A DNA stretch of 32,000 bases from Wallemia ichthyophaga EXF-994 (Eukaryota; Fungi; Basidiomycota), in the NCBI RefSeq assembly GCF_000400465.1, contig NW_008806276.1:420001-452000 (forward strand). The letters are read 5' to 3'. The position numbers were made by a program, and so were the translations under genes. Positions within the stretch are counted from its first letter, which is position 1. Each line of letters starts with the position of its first letter. Shown in pieces: positions 1-11,013 of this stretch. A model generated the notes under the pieces. It searched no databases. It was not told where the DNA came from and saw only the letters and a program-made list of their open reading frames with translations.

Positions 1-2619
1 CTCAGATACAGCATGAACGAGCAATTCACCCTTGTGGGCAACAGCATCGACATCGATTTCTTGAGCACTATCAATAAATTGAGAAACAACAACAGGGTGG
101 TCTGGTGATACATTTGCTGCTGCAGAAAGGTTGTGCTCGAGAGTTGTTTCATCATATACAACATTCATCGCTGCACCTGATAAAACGTACGATGGTCTAA
201 TCAGCACTGGGTAACCAACCTTAGAGGCAAATGCCTTGGCGTCGTTAAGTGTAGCTGCCTCAACCCATGCTGGTTGGTCGACATTGATTGAATCCAAAAC
301 ACTCGAGAATTTGTGACGATCCTCTGCCATATCAATGTCTTCTGGGGCAGTACCAAGGACGTTGACGCCTGATTGCTTAAGACGAAGAGCAATGTTTTGT
401 GGGAGTTGACCACCGACAGATATGATGACACCCTCTGCCTTTTCGAGTTCGTAGATATCCATCACACGCTCCCATCCAAGTTCTTCAAAGTAGAGACGGT
501 CAGCTTCGTCGAAGTCAGTAGAGACAGTTTCTGGGTTATACTGTGCAAAGTGTAAGAAAGGATAAAATAAAAACCAACACACTCACGTTAATCATGATGG
601 TCTTCTTGTCCATACCGCGGACTGCACGAGCACAAGTAACAGCGCACCAATCGAACTCAACAGACGAGCCGATTCTGTAGACACCAGATCCAAGAACCAT
701 AGTACCGTTGTCGTTGAACTCGAGATCGTGTGATTGGGCATTGTATGTCGTGTAGAGGTAGTTAGTGTGAGCAGGGAACTCAGCAGCCAGAGTATCGATT
801 CTCTTGACGAATGGTGTGATTCCAAGATCTTTTCTGGTCTTTCTAACATCACCTTCGGTGGACTTGGTGAGAGAGGCAATCTGAGTGTCGGCGAAACCAG
901 CTCTCTTTGATTGGTATAAAAGCTCCCTGTTAACAGCATCAAGTCCAGAAAGGGAAGAGAGATGCTTGTGGATTTGAACAATGTTGTCGAGCTTGTAGAG
1001 ATACCAGCGATCAATCTTGGTGAGATTATGGAGCATTTCGACTGTGTAACCCTTATTGATCATAGCGTGTGCAATAGCAAACAGTCTACGGTCATTAGGT
1101 TGGATGAGCTGAGCATCGAGATCTTCTGGTTGCCAATAAGCTTCGAATCCATGGTAATTTGGATCGACTTGACGAACAGCCTTTTGAAGAGATTCTTCGA
1201 ATGTACGACCGATAGCCATAACTTCACCAACTGATTTCATAGACGATCCAGTATCACGTTGGACATGTTGGAACTTGGCCAAATCCCACTTTGGAATTTT
1301 GGTAACGATGTAGTCAAGAGATGGCTCGAAACATGCAGTTGTCGTCTTAGTCACGGCGTTTGGAAGCTCAGGGAGAGTATGGCCGAGACCAATCTTTGCA
1401 GCCGTGTACGCGAGAGGGTAACCGGTAGCTTTTGAAGCGAGAGCGGATGAACGCGAGAGACGTGCATTCATTTCAATGACCATGTACTGCTTGCTGTGTG
1501 GATCAAGGGCGTATTGAACGTTACACTCACCAACGACACCGACGTGACGAACAATCTTCGCAGCAGCTGAACGGAGCATGTGATATTCAGCATCAGTGAG
1601 CGTTTGGGATGGAGCTACGACGATAGAGTCACCAGTGTGGACACCGAGTGGGTCAAAATTCTCCATATTGCAGCAAATGATGACATTGTCTGCCGCATCT
1701 CTCACTACTTCATACTCAACTTCTTTCCAACCCTTCAAAGACTTTTCGATAAGAACTTGAGGACTTAAGCTGAGAGATTTAGCTGAGAGATCGCGCAGTT
1801 CGTCTTCGTTGTTGGCGAAACCAGAACCAAGACCACCGAGGGAGAAGGCGGAACGGAGGATGACAGGGTAACCGATCTTCTGAGCGGCATCAAGGGCGGC
1901 AGGAACGGTACCGACAGCTGTAGATTGAGCAGCTGGAATGTCGATTTCATTTAAAGCCTGTACGAACAAGTCCCTGTCCTCGGAAACTTCCAAAGTTCTA
2001 ATTGGGGTACCGAGAACTTGAACGCCCAATCTTTCAAACAAACCCATTTTATCGAGAGCTACACCGACGTTGAGTGCCGACTGACCGCCGAAAGTCAAAA
2101 AGATACCGTCTGGGCGTTCTTTCTCGAGAATAGCAGCAACGTAATCAGGAGTAACGGGAAGGAAGTAAATCTGATGAGCCAACTCATGGGATGTTTGAAT
2201 TGTAGCGATATTTGGGTTTACGAGGAGTACTTCGATACCAGATTCTCTAAGGGCTTTGATAGCTTGGGATCCTGAACAACTGTAAGCGAAAACAAAACCA
2301 ATTGTATGTGTAGGTGCTCACCAGAATAATCGAATTCACCTGCTTGTCCAATTGACAAACCGCCAGAGCCGACGACTAAAACTCTCTTAACGTTTGGCTT
2401 GTCGATCTTTGGGAGGACAGCAGCTGAGATTTTTCTAGCGAGCTCAGAAGGACTATTCATCTCACCGCCGCCGCTATCTCCGCCTCCGAGGACAGAAGAC
2501 TGTGCAACGGCAGATCTAGTGGTGGTGGTACCAAGAGATCTCTTAGCTAAGCTTGTTGGGTGTATATATGTAGGCTTATTCAAGCTTGAGAATGTCCTTA
2601 TTGAACGCCTGGTCAGCAT
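1..2619 (-). CDS. CPA2: Carbamoyl-phosphate synthase arginine-specific large chain, probably mitochondrial; 3' end runs off the window
   Basis: Arg/Ser/Thr-rich N-terminal presequence followed directly by CarB motifs ([79 protein letters not shown]). There is no N-terminal glutaminase domain. Introns at 2272-2321 (GTGAGC..CAG) and 541-586 (GTGAGT..CAG) restore the frame (SG|SQAIKAL; MIN|YNPETVSTD). Confidence 0.95.
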
Positions 2620-2655
2620 CTTTCGGTGGTCTCGTCGTCGTTGAGTAAGAAGAGT

Positions 2656-2663
2656 TGAGTCAT
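2656..2663. promoter_or_regulatory. Gcn4/Cpc1 (general amino-acid control)-type site TGAGTCAT upstream of CPA2
   Basis: Exact ATGACTCA on the minus strand, 36 bp upstream of the CPA2 ATG, inside the 69-bp DOA1-CPA2 gap. Fungal arginine biosynthesis genes are known Gcn4/Cpc1 targets. Confidence 0.55.
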
Positions 2664-2688
2664 TAGATATAAAATTTATTCTTTATTC

Positions 2689-5425
2689 TTAGTACAATGT
2701 GAAAGCATTGCTTAGATCTTTTATACGCTGTGGTTGCTGAGTGATGCTCACAACGTCGACTATCTCTTGCATCCCGCCCACCGTTGCTTTGTCTAGCGTT
2801 GATTTGTGCTTACATAGCTAGCGCAAGTCAGTCTTATCTGATAAGCCTAAGGCAACACCCACAAGATTCCCATATGCTGCAAATAACCTGTATATCGTTT
2901 CTTCGTCGTTTGATCCATTTTCTAATGTCTTCTTCTTTTAGATAACGTTTCGCAAAATAAGTCCGATGACTCACTTTGGAAATTACCCTTAGTATTCTGT
3001 TATATGTTGGTGTAGCTAGATCCGTCGATAGCGATAACACAGTCATACTTTGGTTTGTTAGATGTTTCGACGTGAGTGCATCCCCTCACTTGAACAATAA
3101 GGACGAGAGCGCAATCTTGGCAAGCTTGTTTAAGGTGCCAAAAGGTATGCCGTCGAGGTATTTAAGGAGCTGCAGGAATTACGAGTTAGATTGATTCCTT
3201 CTATCCTTCGATCCTTCTTCGTGACCCACCTCGTCCGCTGTAACACCTCTTGTCTTGCGACCTGCTTCATTGCCGAACGTGTTAGCAAGTGCTCTCAACG
3301 ACAACATCTGCCGTGTCTGAAGAGACTTGATGTTGCTCTCATCAGTTGAACTCGTTTGCTGGACGAATTCGGCCGCGTCGAGCAGAGTTGCTGTGACGTC
3401 ATTACTCGAAGCAACAAGACCAGAACGCGAAGCGAGAGCTCTGAGCAAGTCGAGCACTGATTTTAGTCAGTAGAATTCTGGAAGTGTGCATTATGACAAC
3501 AGCAAACTCACATGGGAAGATATCGCTCTTTGGCCAGGTACGGAGAGCGTGTAACAAGACACTTAAATCAGATACATCTACTTCCGCTGCTGGATTTGAT
3601 TCCATGACATACTTACCCAGTCTCTCTATACTGCCTAACTGGGTATTATCGAGTGGGTGTTTAGCACCGCCGTTGAGCTGACGGAGCTTGTCGAGCATAG
3701 CGGGAACATTGGCCTGGATGAATGTCAAGTAAGGACCTTTGATTGGGAGGGGAGAGTTATTAGATGTTGATGCACTTGCACCTGCGTTCGAGCCAGTGTA
3801 TGGATCTTGCAAATTGGTGGATGATGGCGGTGGAGCTGGGTTGCTTTGGTATCTGGAAGTGCCTAAATTAGCCGCGTCAGCTATTACGTTTCCCATTTTC
3901 CTTCTCTAACACGAACACGCACCTGTGTAAGGATCGACATACTCCGCAGAGCCCTGACCGAGTTGGACACCTGAGGTATTCGACTCTATGAATTTGACAG
4001 TCTCGTCCAAGTACGTAAGAGGGAGGAGGTTCTTTTCGAGGAAACGTTGTGCAGCGATGTAAGGATTTTCGCTGACGTTGTAGGGTAGTTTTAGGGGTGG
4101 TTTACCGTCTTCGATGTCTACATCAAACACGTAATCGTAATCCTTCCCATCAGTGTGTTTAACTCTGTTGGATGGATCGACGCCGCCAGCTGCGTCGACG
4201 ACCTCTCCGATCTTCTTCCATGTCTGCTCGCCAGCTGACCATGAATGCGCGGATACTGTCTGCGCATCCTTAACCAGCATCACGTGGCCGTCGCGCTTGC
4301 CGGGCTGCTGTAGGGATTCTGGGCTTTTGACGTCGTTCGCGTTAATGCCGTTCGACGAGCGGCTGTGAATGTGTGAGACGAATCTGTGTGAGATAATCGA
4401 CGTACGAGCTTATCGTGGATCCAGCCACAAGATTATCGTATGTCTAAGTGTGAGCGGTGCGTGTGAGTGTGAGTGTGGATGCAAAGAAGAAGGCAACCCA
4501 CCTTGAGAGCGTCTTGGTGTGCGATTCTCGCAGGATCCACCGACCACACACGCACAATGCCGTCACTAGATGCGCTCGCAATGTCGCCATTTTCTGCCGC
4601 AGCGACAGACCAAACGGAGGTGGAAGGATGTATGATTGTCTGGACGCATTCACCATCTTGCCACACCTTTACAGAGCGGTCTTCGCCAGCAGAGACGATT
4701 CCACCAGAGGGGAGAGTGGCGAGAGCGTAGATAAACTCCGTGTGTCCATGCATAGACATGATATTCTCGCCGTCGAAAGTCCAAAGTTTGATCTGGAGGT
4801 CGTTGGAAGCGGAAGCGAAGCCTATGGCATGGTTGAGGATGGTGAGTGAACGTACAGCGTCATCGTGTGCGTTCTGAATGGAGTGTACAGGCTTAGCACT
4901 GTCTAAATCCCAGATGACGATGGATTTGTCGGCGGAGGCTGTGATGACGTGTTTGTTATCGGGGGTGAATTTCACAGACCAGACTGCTTGAGAGTGAGCA
5001 GCTAAGCAGGCAACTTGGACGCCCTGATTCCATATGCGCGCTGTAGTGTCCCAGCTTCCAGTGGCTACGAGGCCAGTAGCGGAGGTGTCTATTGAGCATA
5101 CGTTGGCAGAGTGGCCGAGGAGGGTGTAAGCGGGGACAGATATGTGGTTACTGGTGGTGTTATGCTCGTATTTGTGGAGGTTTACGAGACTGTCTTGACT
5201 ACCGGTGGCCACGAGATCAGCAGCTGCAAGCCAACCAACGCTGTTGACGTAGTTGTCGTGTGTGCTGATCGTCGCCGTGGCTGACCAATCAGAATCCTCG
5301 CCACGCTTCCAAACGATCGCAGTATTATCTCTCGACCCGGAGATGAGCGTGTTCCTGTCGATGAAGCTAACAGCCTTCACATCTTGGCTGTGGCCTATAA
5401 GCTCCTGCGATAATTTGTAGTTCAT
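2689..5425 (-). CDS. DOA1: Phospholipase A2-activating protein / Doa1-Ufd3 (WD40 + PFU + PUL), about 8 introns
   Basis: N-terminal WD40 repeats (ELIGHSQDVKAV, GSWDTTARIW, GEDRSVKVW), a PFU domain (DYDYVFDVDIEDGKPPLKLPYNVSENPYIAAQRFL) and PUL-like helical exons. Canonical introns join the pieces through ..AAYGNL|LCKHK..RIKDLSNAFTLY* with the stop at 2689-2691. Confidence 0.93.
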
Positions 5426-5464
5426 TTCACGTTTTTATGTCTTGGTCGTTCTTGTTCAAGGACC

Positions 5465-7152
5465 ATGACGTCGAAGCGCCAGAGATCTTCTCCACCGGGC
5501 AGATTGCATAACAAGAAATCACGCGTGGCTGTGGCTGTGTCAGATGACACCGACGACGCCGAAGACGCTGACTACTCAGCCCCCTTGCGCCATCTCCAGC
5601 GATCTCTTCTCGCTACTTTCTACGGCTGGCACGCGCAGCCTGGCGATGGCGACGACGGCAGTGAGACGGCTGGTACGATCAGCGACCTGACCGGTGTGTT
5701 ACGTGGGAGTGTAGAGCACGGCGAAGGCAACAGCGTTCTTGTCGTTGGTGGCCGAGGAACCGGCAAGACGTTAGCAGTGCGCAGTGCACTCGCAGCTGTC
5801 CCCACCCGCCGCTTTATTCCCATCCACCTCCACGGCAGTGTCCACACGACCGATAAGATGGCTCTGCGCGAGATGGCGCGGCAGATACGCGCGCAGGGCG
5901 GCACCGTAACCTCGCTCGATGCGCTCCAGTTGCAGGTGGACGAGAACGGGGAGGGCGGAGAGAGCACAGAGCACCCAGAACACACTATCGATATCGGCCA
6001 GAGCACCCTTACCGCTTTGCTCACCCTTCTCGCCGCTTCCGCTCTCCCTATAGTCGTCGTGCTCGATGAATTCGATCTCTTCGCGGCACACGCTAGGCAG
6101 GCTCTGCTTTACTGCCTCCTCGACTGCGCTCAGGGTGGTCGCCGCAGAGGTGGCCTAGCTGTCGTCGGCACGACGTGTAGATTCGTGGGTTGTCTCACCT
6201 TTTCTTTTAGTTTCTTGCTCATTGATTTTTGCGTTGCTCACTCAGGACGCCGTTGATATGCTCGAGAAGAGGGTCAAAAGTCGTTTCTCGCAGCGAATCC
6301 TACACGTATCGAGTCCGCGTACGTGGACAGCGTGGTGCACTCTCGCCCGAAAATCCCTATCTTACCCGCACGTCGAGGATGTAGCCCACGCGAAGCAGTT
6401 GGACAAGTTCAAGACACAGTGGGATGCACACGTAGAGCGACTTTTCGACGATACGCAGTTCGAGCTCGTGCTCAAGATGCTTTTTGACATGCTAGCCGAT
6501 ATCCCAGCGCTGTACCGAGTGTTTGTAGGTGAATGCGGAGAGCGTTTAACGAAATAACTAACAAACACACACCCCATACACTCCAGGCTATACCCATCGC
6601 TAATGCTACACCGGAGAAGGCATTTCCACCTGCGAAAGAATTCCTTGGCGCATACGCTTCGCAGCGTCCCACAGATACATTCTACCTACTCGACACACTC
6701 CCTTTGCCGGCAATCGCGCTCGTGATTGCCGCGAAACAGATCAGCGCACGCGATATGCACACATTTACATTTGAGTTGGTCAATAAGGAATACGACGACT
6801 GGGCGAGAAGGACTATATACGCACCGACAGCCGCCAGTGTGGATATGAACGCGATGACCAACCCTCGCATAGCAATCAGTGTTTGGCCGCGACATATACT
6901 GATGGGGGTGAGTGGTGTTTAGGTACTTTTTTCTGACTGACTTGCTCATACATCACTCTACAGGCATTCGACACACTCGTCCTCCTCAACCTCTTCATCC
7001 CCGTCTCTTCTGCTAGCGCTCTCGCAAGCGGGGAAATGCGCGAGTATGCCACCCACAGATGCGCGCTCGAGAACGGGGAGATAAGACAAGCTGTGGAGAA
7101 ACGGAGGGATCTGCCGACGTCGCTGTATAAATGGGGCCATAGTTGGAATTGA
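5465..7152 (+). CDS. ORC4: Origin recognition complex subunit 4 (AAA+), 3 introns
   Basis: Walker A GGRGTGKT, Walker B plus the ORC4 motif VVLDEFDLFAAHARQALLY, and TCRF|DAVDMLEKRVKSRFSQR across intron 6185-6245. The C-terminal winged-helix exon ends ..LPTSLYKWGHSWN* at 7152. Confidence 0.93.
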
Positions 7153-7299
7153 AGCGTGTATTACTGTAACATAATTTATTTATTTCCTTTTCCGTACAAG
7201 GATTAAACGGGTTAGCGTGTTAGTCTTGTCGCGTCATAACGTAGATTGCCTCTGGGAGCAACGACCACGACGAAGAAATAAGAATTAAAGATAAATAAA

Positions 7300-8355
7300 A
7301 TGCTTGGCACGCGACAGACGTTTAGAGTAGCGATGGGGGACGGAGATGGAGATGGCAGCAGCGCTGGAGTGAACAAGTCATTCAAGACGCCTGCCAAAGG
7401 TGGTGGGCGAGGGGGCAAGGAGAATGCGATAGCGATGAGCATGAGCATGGGAAAGCCAGGTAGTACAAACCCGCTCAAAACACCACTGCCATCGAAAAAG
7501 CCGCAGCTATTCGGTGAAGTACCCACCACGGTTAAATCCAAGAAGACAATGACCGGTCTGACTCCGGCCCCACCCAAGACTGTACTGAGGCCTGCAGCTG
7601 GACAGAATGTGCAAAATGTGCACAAGGGGCAGAGTGGTCAAAAGAATAAGGATAAGGATCCCAGTCCTCGTCCGTCGACTCTGCGCAAGTCAATGCGCGT
7701 GCCTACACACCAAACACAGGCGCAGAACATCAAGGCGACACCGGCACCCACTTTCATTCCCCTCCACCACCACGAAGACGATGTCGGCCCCACTCTTGGC
7801 GAAATGAAGCAGGAGGAGAAGGAGCAGGCGATGCTGGAGTTGGAGCTGGAAGAGGAGGCATATCATGAATCTGATTGGAGTGATTTCGAAGTGGAGTATG
7901 CACCCGGTAAGGAGACTCAGATTGAGTTGCCATCGAGACCACTCGAGAGTGAAAGTGAGTCGGAGGTTACAAATTACAGGGAATTGGGCCGTCAGTTGAG
8001 AATAGCTTCACCAAGATTCAGCGTTTACGAGTCGGATGACAGTGATGGTTCGTACGCGTCGGATCAAATCGCAGACTTGAAAACACGCGGTGGATTCGGT
8101 GAGGAGGTGAAGATGGACTATGACAGTGGCAGTGAGGAGGATATCGGGATTAGAGTGAAGAAGAAGCAGAAAGGAGTTGTGGGGAGGGGAGGTACAGTGG
8201 CTAATACTCGCGTTACAACCCAGAGAAGACCGGTCAAGAAACAGGCACAGACACAGCCACCGAAGCACACGCAGACCCACACCCACACACGCAAGATCAA
8301 ATTGGATGATATCCGAGTGGAATTGGATCTAGAGAGTTGTTTGTTGGACTTGTAA
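7300..8355 (+). CDS. Low-complexity protein, candidate securin-like (Pds1/Cut2-type) APC/C substrate; single exon
   Basis: 351-aa ORF with a basic, disordered N-half carrying a KEN box (GKENA), a D-box-like RVAMGD and several TP sites. The acidic C-half contains DFEVEYAP, which resembles the E/D-I-E-Y-x-P separase-binding motif of fungal securins. The ORF is well supported; the family call is inference. Confidence 0.45.
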   Translation: MLGTRQTFRVAMGDGDGDGSSAGVNKSFKTPAKGGGRGGKENAIAMSMSMGKPGSTNPLKTPLPSKKPQLFGEVPTTVKSKKTMTGLTPAPPKTVLRPAAGQNVQNVHKGQSGQKNKDKDPSPRPSTLRKSMRVPTHQTQAQNIKATPAPTFIPLHHHEDDVGPTLGEMKQEEKEQAMLELELEEEAYHESDWSDFEVEYAPGKETQIELPSRPLESESESEVTNYRELGRQLRIASPRFSVYESDDSDGSYASDQIADLKTRGGFGEEVKMDYDSGSEEDIGIRVKKKQKGVVGRGGTVANTRVTTQRRPVKKQAQTQPPKHTQTHTHTRKIKLDDIRVELDLESCLLDL

Positions 8356-8392
8356 GCGTTATGAATAATCATTAGCCATTGTCAGTGTCGTC

Positions 8393-8825
8393 ATGGCTCA
8401 AGTAGAAGTGGATGTGAGTATACTGGGTATAGTTTATAGACAGGTGTGTATGTATGTGTATGTATTCTCTTTTAAATAGCTTAACACCGCTATAGCTCCT
8501 AGTCGACGTGGCTACAAGCCTGAAGAATCCAGAGGACAGAGAGACCGCGGATATTCTAAAAAGGCGTCTGTTATCATTTGAAGCGATGGCAGAGAGTTTG
8601 GATACGCGTATACGCCGTTGTAGGGATGTAATAGCGCGGGATTTGAAGAAGCCAGAGATACAGCCAGAAGAGACACAAGAGATACAGCCACAGCAACCAC
8701 AGCAACCACAGCAACCACAGCAACCACCACAACCACCACAACCACCACCAAACGATCCACTCACTCTCGACACGCTCCTCGATAAGGATGACTTTGACTT
8801 ATTCGGGGACGGATATCTTCAATAA
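8393..8825 (+). CDS. Small hypothetical protein: amphipathic helices, Q/P repeat and acidic-hydrophobic tail; 1 intron
   Basis: ATG at 8393. A donor at 8414 (GTGAGT) or 8444 (GTGTGT) splices in frame to the TAG acceptor at 8495 (CTTAAC branch-like site), giving LLVDVATSLKN..LDKDDFDLFGDGYLQ*. Confidence 0.65.
8685..8750 (+). repeat. Coding 9-bp tandem repeat (CAACCACAG/CAACCACCA) encoding QPQ/QPP
   Basis: About 7 consecutive units are directly visible. Confidence 0.9.
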
Positions 8826-8920
8826 GGCGTGGACGGATACCTCTCCGATGAGCCAAATAAGCTGTAAATAGAAATACAAGATTATTATACAAGGCATAAA
8901 AAGAAATTCAAAGTCATAGC

Positions 8921-9608
8921 CTAATTCCTGGTGTTCGTGTGAGGGCTATGGATCCATTGAGCCAAGTCGACGTTGTTGAGCTTGTTGTACGCGTTTGACT
9001 TGTGCTTATCTGGTTTAGCTGGCGAAGGGGAAGTAGCTAGGAAGAGCATCAGCTGAGCATCTGCTTCGTCTGGATGTTGAGTATTTGTGGGTGTTGAAGT
9101 GTGTGTGGGCGTCGCAGTTGCCGTGGGCGTGGAATTCGCCGTAGATAAATGCCTGAGAGACTGTCCCCTGTTATAGCCCGGTGAATGGAATAGACTTGTT
9201 AAAGCACTTGCCGCGTTCATTGATTCGCTGTCGTGGGACGTGGCCGTTGACACGGGTAGACCGGGTGACGCGTTATTACAGCTAATTCTACGCGTATTTA
9301 CACTCCTCTTAGGTGACTTGGGTGATTTAAAGGTATTTGAAGCGTTTACACCGTTTGGCGATCTCAATGAATTCGGCGGTGGCATTTGACTGGTGCTGAG
9401 TATAGAATCCACAGGCGTATTCACCAGTCCATTACGAGCTTTGTAAGACGCCAGCTTGAGTCTTGTTTGCAGCTGCCTTGAAGCCTGGAACAGCGTGGAT
9501 TAGACAGTGTGTTGCGTGCTGTGCCATCGACAAAGCTACACGCACCTTGCTCACGTGTACCCTATTCAATATCGCGTTCACAGATTTATTACGCGTGTCG
9601 TTCGTCAT
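8921..9608 (-). CDS. Whi5-like domain protein (Whi5/Nrm1 family G1/S transcriptional repressor candidate); 1 intron
   Basis: Splicing 9485-9545 (GTGCGT..CTAAT..CAG) gives ..HVSK|ASRQLQTRLKLASYKARNGLVNTPVDSI, which matches the Whi5-like motif L(R/K)TRL.YA..K...GW. The SP/TP-rich tail includes KSPKSPKR and AQLMLFLATSPSP. The supplied ORF track splits this gene into two ORFs. Confidence 0.7.
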
Positions 9609-9659
9609 CGATCCCTTCACGATGGTTGCTGTAAACGTCGATTATCTACAGATCAGTCG

Positions 9660-10946
9660 ATGAGAATTTACAACTTGAATTTGGATGTTTTCGGTGGCAT
9701 TGGCGCGTACCTGGATGCCCGCGATATCCTCAACCTGAGATTCACCTGCAGATTCCTACGCGGTGTGGCTGACCATGTTCTTATACCGAATAAGCTCAAT
9801 GATCTCCAGAGAAAGGTCTTGTACAATACGAGCATCTCTCCAATTCAGAAACTGCGTCAAATCCCACTTACAGACGACAACTGGAGCACTTGCACCTTCC
9901 ACCCCACCCAACTCGTACACACCCACTCTAGCATCCCCGTTCTTAACACACACAACCACCTTCTCATCCTCGCCAGTCGTTCTGCAGTCTTTGTCTGGGA
10001 TAGATGCTATTCCCCGTGGCGGTACACACGCTTCGTAATTTTCAACCACTCCTCTGCTAGCATGGATATTACTGGCTTGGTTGTCGTCGAGTGTGTGGGC
10101 GATTCTGTCTCTCTCATCGCCTCCCACTTCTCTGGCCTCGTTCAGCGCGTTATTCTCAACTTGCACTCCAAAAAATCTTCTCAAACGGCCATATACTGCG
10201 GTAGTAGCCGTACTAGCAGTGCTATAAGTAGTTCTATTAGAACACCTAACCTCACTTCTCTCACAGGCACATCCAATGTCGTCATAAGCGCTGCTCAAAT
10301 GGGTCAACTACGCCTTCTCTCCCCAAACGCCCCTTGGATTGAACATCCTCCGATAAACGTAGAGACCAATAGACTTTGGGGTGTCGATTACAATTCCTAC
10401 AATGGCTCGCTGTCCGCCTCTCACAACTACACCCCTTCCACTCTCTCCGCTGTTTCTCTCTTTCACCTCCGCGAGAGCAATATCCAATCCACCGGCTCGC
10501 TCAAAACACCCCCACACATCTCCTCCTTCACAGCTACGAACGGTTCATCTACAAACGGTGTTCTGGCATCGCCCGACATCATCATAGCTGGTTTCTATGA
10601 CTCGGGGGTTCGCGTGTACGATTGCAGGTGCGGATATGCACCAGTTAAACAGTATCAAGACGCGCTCGATCCACAGCCCGTTTACTCAGTCGATGTCGGT
10701 GGAGCGTATGACTCCCTCATCTGCGCTGGCTCTGCTCTCTATTCGCGCCTACGGATTATTGACGCTCGCATGCACTCGGATCGCGCCCATCATGTGTATG
10801 CCGCCGAAAGCGGCGATAGGTCCTCACCCGTCTACCAGCTACAAACGGATCACTCACACTGCTTCCTCGCAACTGAGTCTAATGTCTACGACTTGGACTT
10901 TAGCTCCGCTTCTCCTAATCACCGCTTCCCAACTGTTACAGTGTGA
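9660..10946 (+). CDS. F-box protein with C-terminal WD40-like beta-propeller; single exon
   Basis: From ATG 9660 the N-terminus reads as an F-box (LNLDVFGGIGAYLDARDILNLRFTCRFLRGVA). WD-like blades follow (IIAGFYDSGVRVYDCR, ICAGSALYSRLRIIDAR, SSPVYQL). Confidence 0.75.
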   Translation: MRIYNLNLDVFGGIGAYLDARDILNLRFTCRFLRGVADHVLIPNKLNDLQRKVLYNTSISPIQKLRQIPLTDDNWSTCTFHPTQLVHTHSSIPVLNTHNHLLILASRSAVFVWDRCYSPWRYTRFVIFNHSSASMDITGLVVVECVGDSVSLIASHFSGLVQRVILNLHSKKSSQTAIYCGSSRTSSAISSSIRTPNLTSLTGTSNVVISAAQMGQLRLLSPNAPWIEHPPINVETNRLWGVDYNSYNGSLSASHNYTPSTLSAVSLFHLRESNIQSTGSLKTPPHISSFTATNGSSTNGVLASPDIIIAGFYDSGVRVYDCRCGYAPVKQYQDALDPQPVYSVDVGGAYDSLICAGSALYSRLRIIDARMHSDRAHHVYAAESGDRSSPVYQLQTDHSHCFLATESNVYDLDFSSASPNHRFPTVTV

Positions 10947-11013
10947 ATTAAAGGTTATGCTATTTATGCAAGGCTGAGGCTGAGACTATTTATCGTCGTC
11001 TTGTCAAATCAAT

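Noticed and set aside
1-2619. URA2/CAD-type multifunctional pyrimidine CPS
   Set aside because: The protein starts with a presequence directly followed by the synthetase domain and has no N-terminal glutaminase domain, which fits the arginine-specific large chain.
2613-2663. uORF as an arginine attenuator peptide
   Set aside because: AAP is known upstream of the small-subunit gene (CPA1/arg-2), and this peptide lacks the DY..D..WRA-type core. It is kept only as a generic uORF.
4444-4490. CACACT-type repeats in the DOA1 intron and other (AC)-rich tracts as functional repeats
   Set aside because: These are ordinary low-complexity intron sequence that also supplies CTCAC branch-like sites.
9507-9659. 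N-terminal extension of the F-box ORF from a GTG at 9507
   Set aside because: It is a non-ATG start lying antisense to the Whi5-like exon 1 and intron. The F-box begins right after ATG 9660.
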